From Capsulimonadales bacterium (GTDB taxonomy: Bacteria > Armatimonadota > Armatimonadia > Armatimonadales > Armatimonadaceae): a stretch of 33,223 bases of DNA. Under the pieces are notes generated by a model. That model did not search any database. It was not told the origin of the DNA and worked only from the letters and a program-made list of their open reading frames with translations. Made by a program: the position numbers and the translations under genes. The stretch lies in the NCBI GenBank assembly GCA_033762295.1, contig JANRLW010000105.1:1-33223 (forward strand). Reading direction: 5' to 3'. Below, one piece after another: positions 31,735 to 33,223 of this stretch (within the stretch, counting starts at the first letter, position 1; each line of letters starts with the position of its first letter).

Positions 31735-31917
31735 AATAGCAGGGAAATCCGGCAAGCGCATAGTTCGCTTGCCGTCGCGAAGCCAAGCCGTAAAAAACGA
31801 CGGAAAAGACGCGTGTCGCGGATTGCACGCTCCCATTTAATTATAGCTGCAATCCTATCGGCAATCGGAGACCTACAATTCGCACTCAAAACGAAGGTTG
31901 CTTAAAGGAGGACGGGC

Positions 31918-32265
31918 ATGCCTCATGCTGTGGGGTTTGCAGATGCACGAGCACGACAACAGCATTACGACCATCATTGGCGCGATTTTCCCTGTAGGAA
32001 TGCGGAAGAATATGAGAAGCAGGCAATAGCATTTCTGACCGCCGACCGTGCGAAGATTCGGGCCGAGGACTGCCAAGATTCAGGAGGCGACTTCATTCGT
32101 TATTGCCAGATTACAGAAGAATTCGCTATAGTAGCTCCAAATGGAATCATTCGAACGTATTATAAACCGGTTCCTCTACACCTAGCACAACCGGGGACGC
32201 GGCCCAGATTTAACCATTCGTTTCGAACCAACCGAGATTATTTTCTGTCTAACTGTAACCAATGA
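31918..32265 (+). CDS. Stand-alone polymorphic-toxin-like (putative RNase) domain
   Basis: HYDHH..DF....EEY...A..FL...D.IRY...TEEFAIV..NGIIRTYYKP...DYF resembles the HxxKH...GxIRTYFKP toxin tip domains. AAGGAGG RBS. Confidence 0.6.
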   Translation: MPHAVGFADARARQQHYDHHWRDFPCRNAEEYEKQAIAFLTADRAKIRAEDCQDSGGDFIRYCQITEEFAIVAPNGIIRTYYKPVPLHLAQPGTRPRFNHSFRTNRDYFLSNCNQ

Positions 32266-32747
32266 AGATTCAATGTCCCGTTTGCGGCTATCCAGATATT
32301 CCTGATACCCGGTTAAAATGGAGTATATGCCCATCCTGCGGCACCCACTTCGGGGTATCGGATTCGGTATATTCGCATGACCAATTACGGCAGTTTTGGA
32401 TCGAGGAAGGTGCTGAGTGGCATAGCCGGGCGTATCCGAAACCCGAAAACTGGTCGCCCGTTCTGCAACTTCACTCAATCGGCTATCAGCCAACGATTTA
32501 CGATCTGAGACATATGAAGGTTCAAATTGTTGAATCAAGGAATCCTCTCTCTGCCAACATACCCGTTGTTGGTATGCTCTCTGATAAGTCCGTGGCGATT
32601 TTTGAGTCGGTTTGGAAGCCATCCCGCACATTGGAAATCACTTCAAAAACGCAGGTTGATCCGCGCAGGCTACAGACGAGGACCGAAGAAAGTTTCGACC
32701 TATCCTTGAGAAGAACAGCATCCGCCACGTTGGTAAGGAGCACCTAA
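32262..32747 (+). CDS. CPCC-type Cys-rich immunity-like protein with a long C-terminal tail
   Basis: CPVCGY...ICPSCG.HFG..D...LRQFWIEEGAEW...P..WSPVLQL. ATGA-coupled to the toxin-like gene. Confidence 0.65.
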   Translation: MKIQCPVCGYPDIPDTRLKWSICPSCGTHFGVSDSVYSHDQLRQFWIEEGAEWHSRAYPKPENWSPVLQLHSIGYQPTIYDLRHMKVQIVESRNPLSANIPVVGMLSDKSVAIFESVWKPSRTLEITSKTQVDPRRLQTRTEESFDLSLRRTASATLVRST

Positions 32748-32748
32748 T

Positions 32749-33192
32749 ATGGCACGGCTTTTATTATTTGCGATCAGTAAAATGGCTATTATCAATAGTA
32801 AGGACGGTTCCCTTTCGGTTATTTCAGCAATTGGAGGTCTAATGATCACCAAGCCATCCGAAACTGAACCACCTTTGGATAATGATGCTGTTGTTCCGTT
32901 CCCTTGGGTAGCTACCGCATTCTGGCGTTTTTATCCAGAGGACGAAGGTAAGTTGTTTCGTCAATCGATCGAGTTGATCTCTCCGTTCGGTGAAATTAAA
33001 GGTGTGGCAGTACAAGAATTTCGAAAAGAAAACAATCCTATTCATTCCGTGACGGCTGACGCGCAGTTCTTCCCGATCGGCGTACCTGGAGAATATACTG
33101 CAAGGCTTTCTCTGTCCGAACGTATTGGCAACGATGCATGGACGGACCCGATGATGATTGCAGTTTATCCCATCGAGGTTATGTATCATTAG
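32749..33192 (+). CDS. Hypothetical beta-rich protein (DUF6941-like)
   Basis: DGSLSVI...FPW...IELISPFG...FP...PGEY...L pattern. Starts 1 nt after the upstream stop. Confidence 0.6.
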   Translation: MARLLLFAISKMAIINSKDGSLSVISAIGGLMITKPSETEPPLDNDAVVPFPWVATAFWRFYPEDEGKLFRQSIELISPFGEIKGVAVQEFRKENNPIHSVTADAQFFPIGVPGEYTARLSLSERIGNDAWTDPMMIAVYPIEVMYH

Positions 33193-33223
33193 TTTCGAGA
33201 CCGAAAACAAAAACCCCGGCAGG

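Overview
This is a GC-rich bacterial chromosome segment with two parts. Bases 1-19.8 kb are mostly housekeeping: a partial rhlE-type DEAD-box helicase, a GT4 glycosyltransferase, a cyclase-ATPase-TPR protein, comEA, leuS, pflBA and rtcA. This part also holds an accessory islet (5.4-9.3 kb) with two decaying type IV (AbiE-like) toxin-antitoxin modules. A vWA gene paired with a divergent adenylosuccinate-synthetase-like gene is preceded by three NrtR-type GT-N7-AC boxes. At about 19,865 a temperate element (prophage-like, but no virion genes are visible in the window) is integrated into the 5' end of comM/yifB and runs off the right edge. It encodes a large serine recombinase whose ORF crosses the att junction, a leftward early operon, and a Cro-like / ImmR-ImmA switch with five TGA-N7-TCA operators. 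It also carries a candidate antisense sRNA and AT-richer cargo: a secreted serine protease, a secreted thermonuclease, and a three-gene toxin / CPCC-type / beta-rich cassette. All family calls come from motif recognition by eye; no searches were run.
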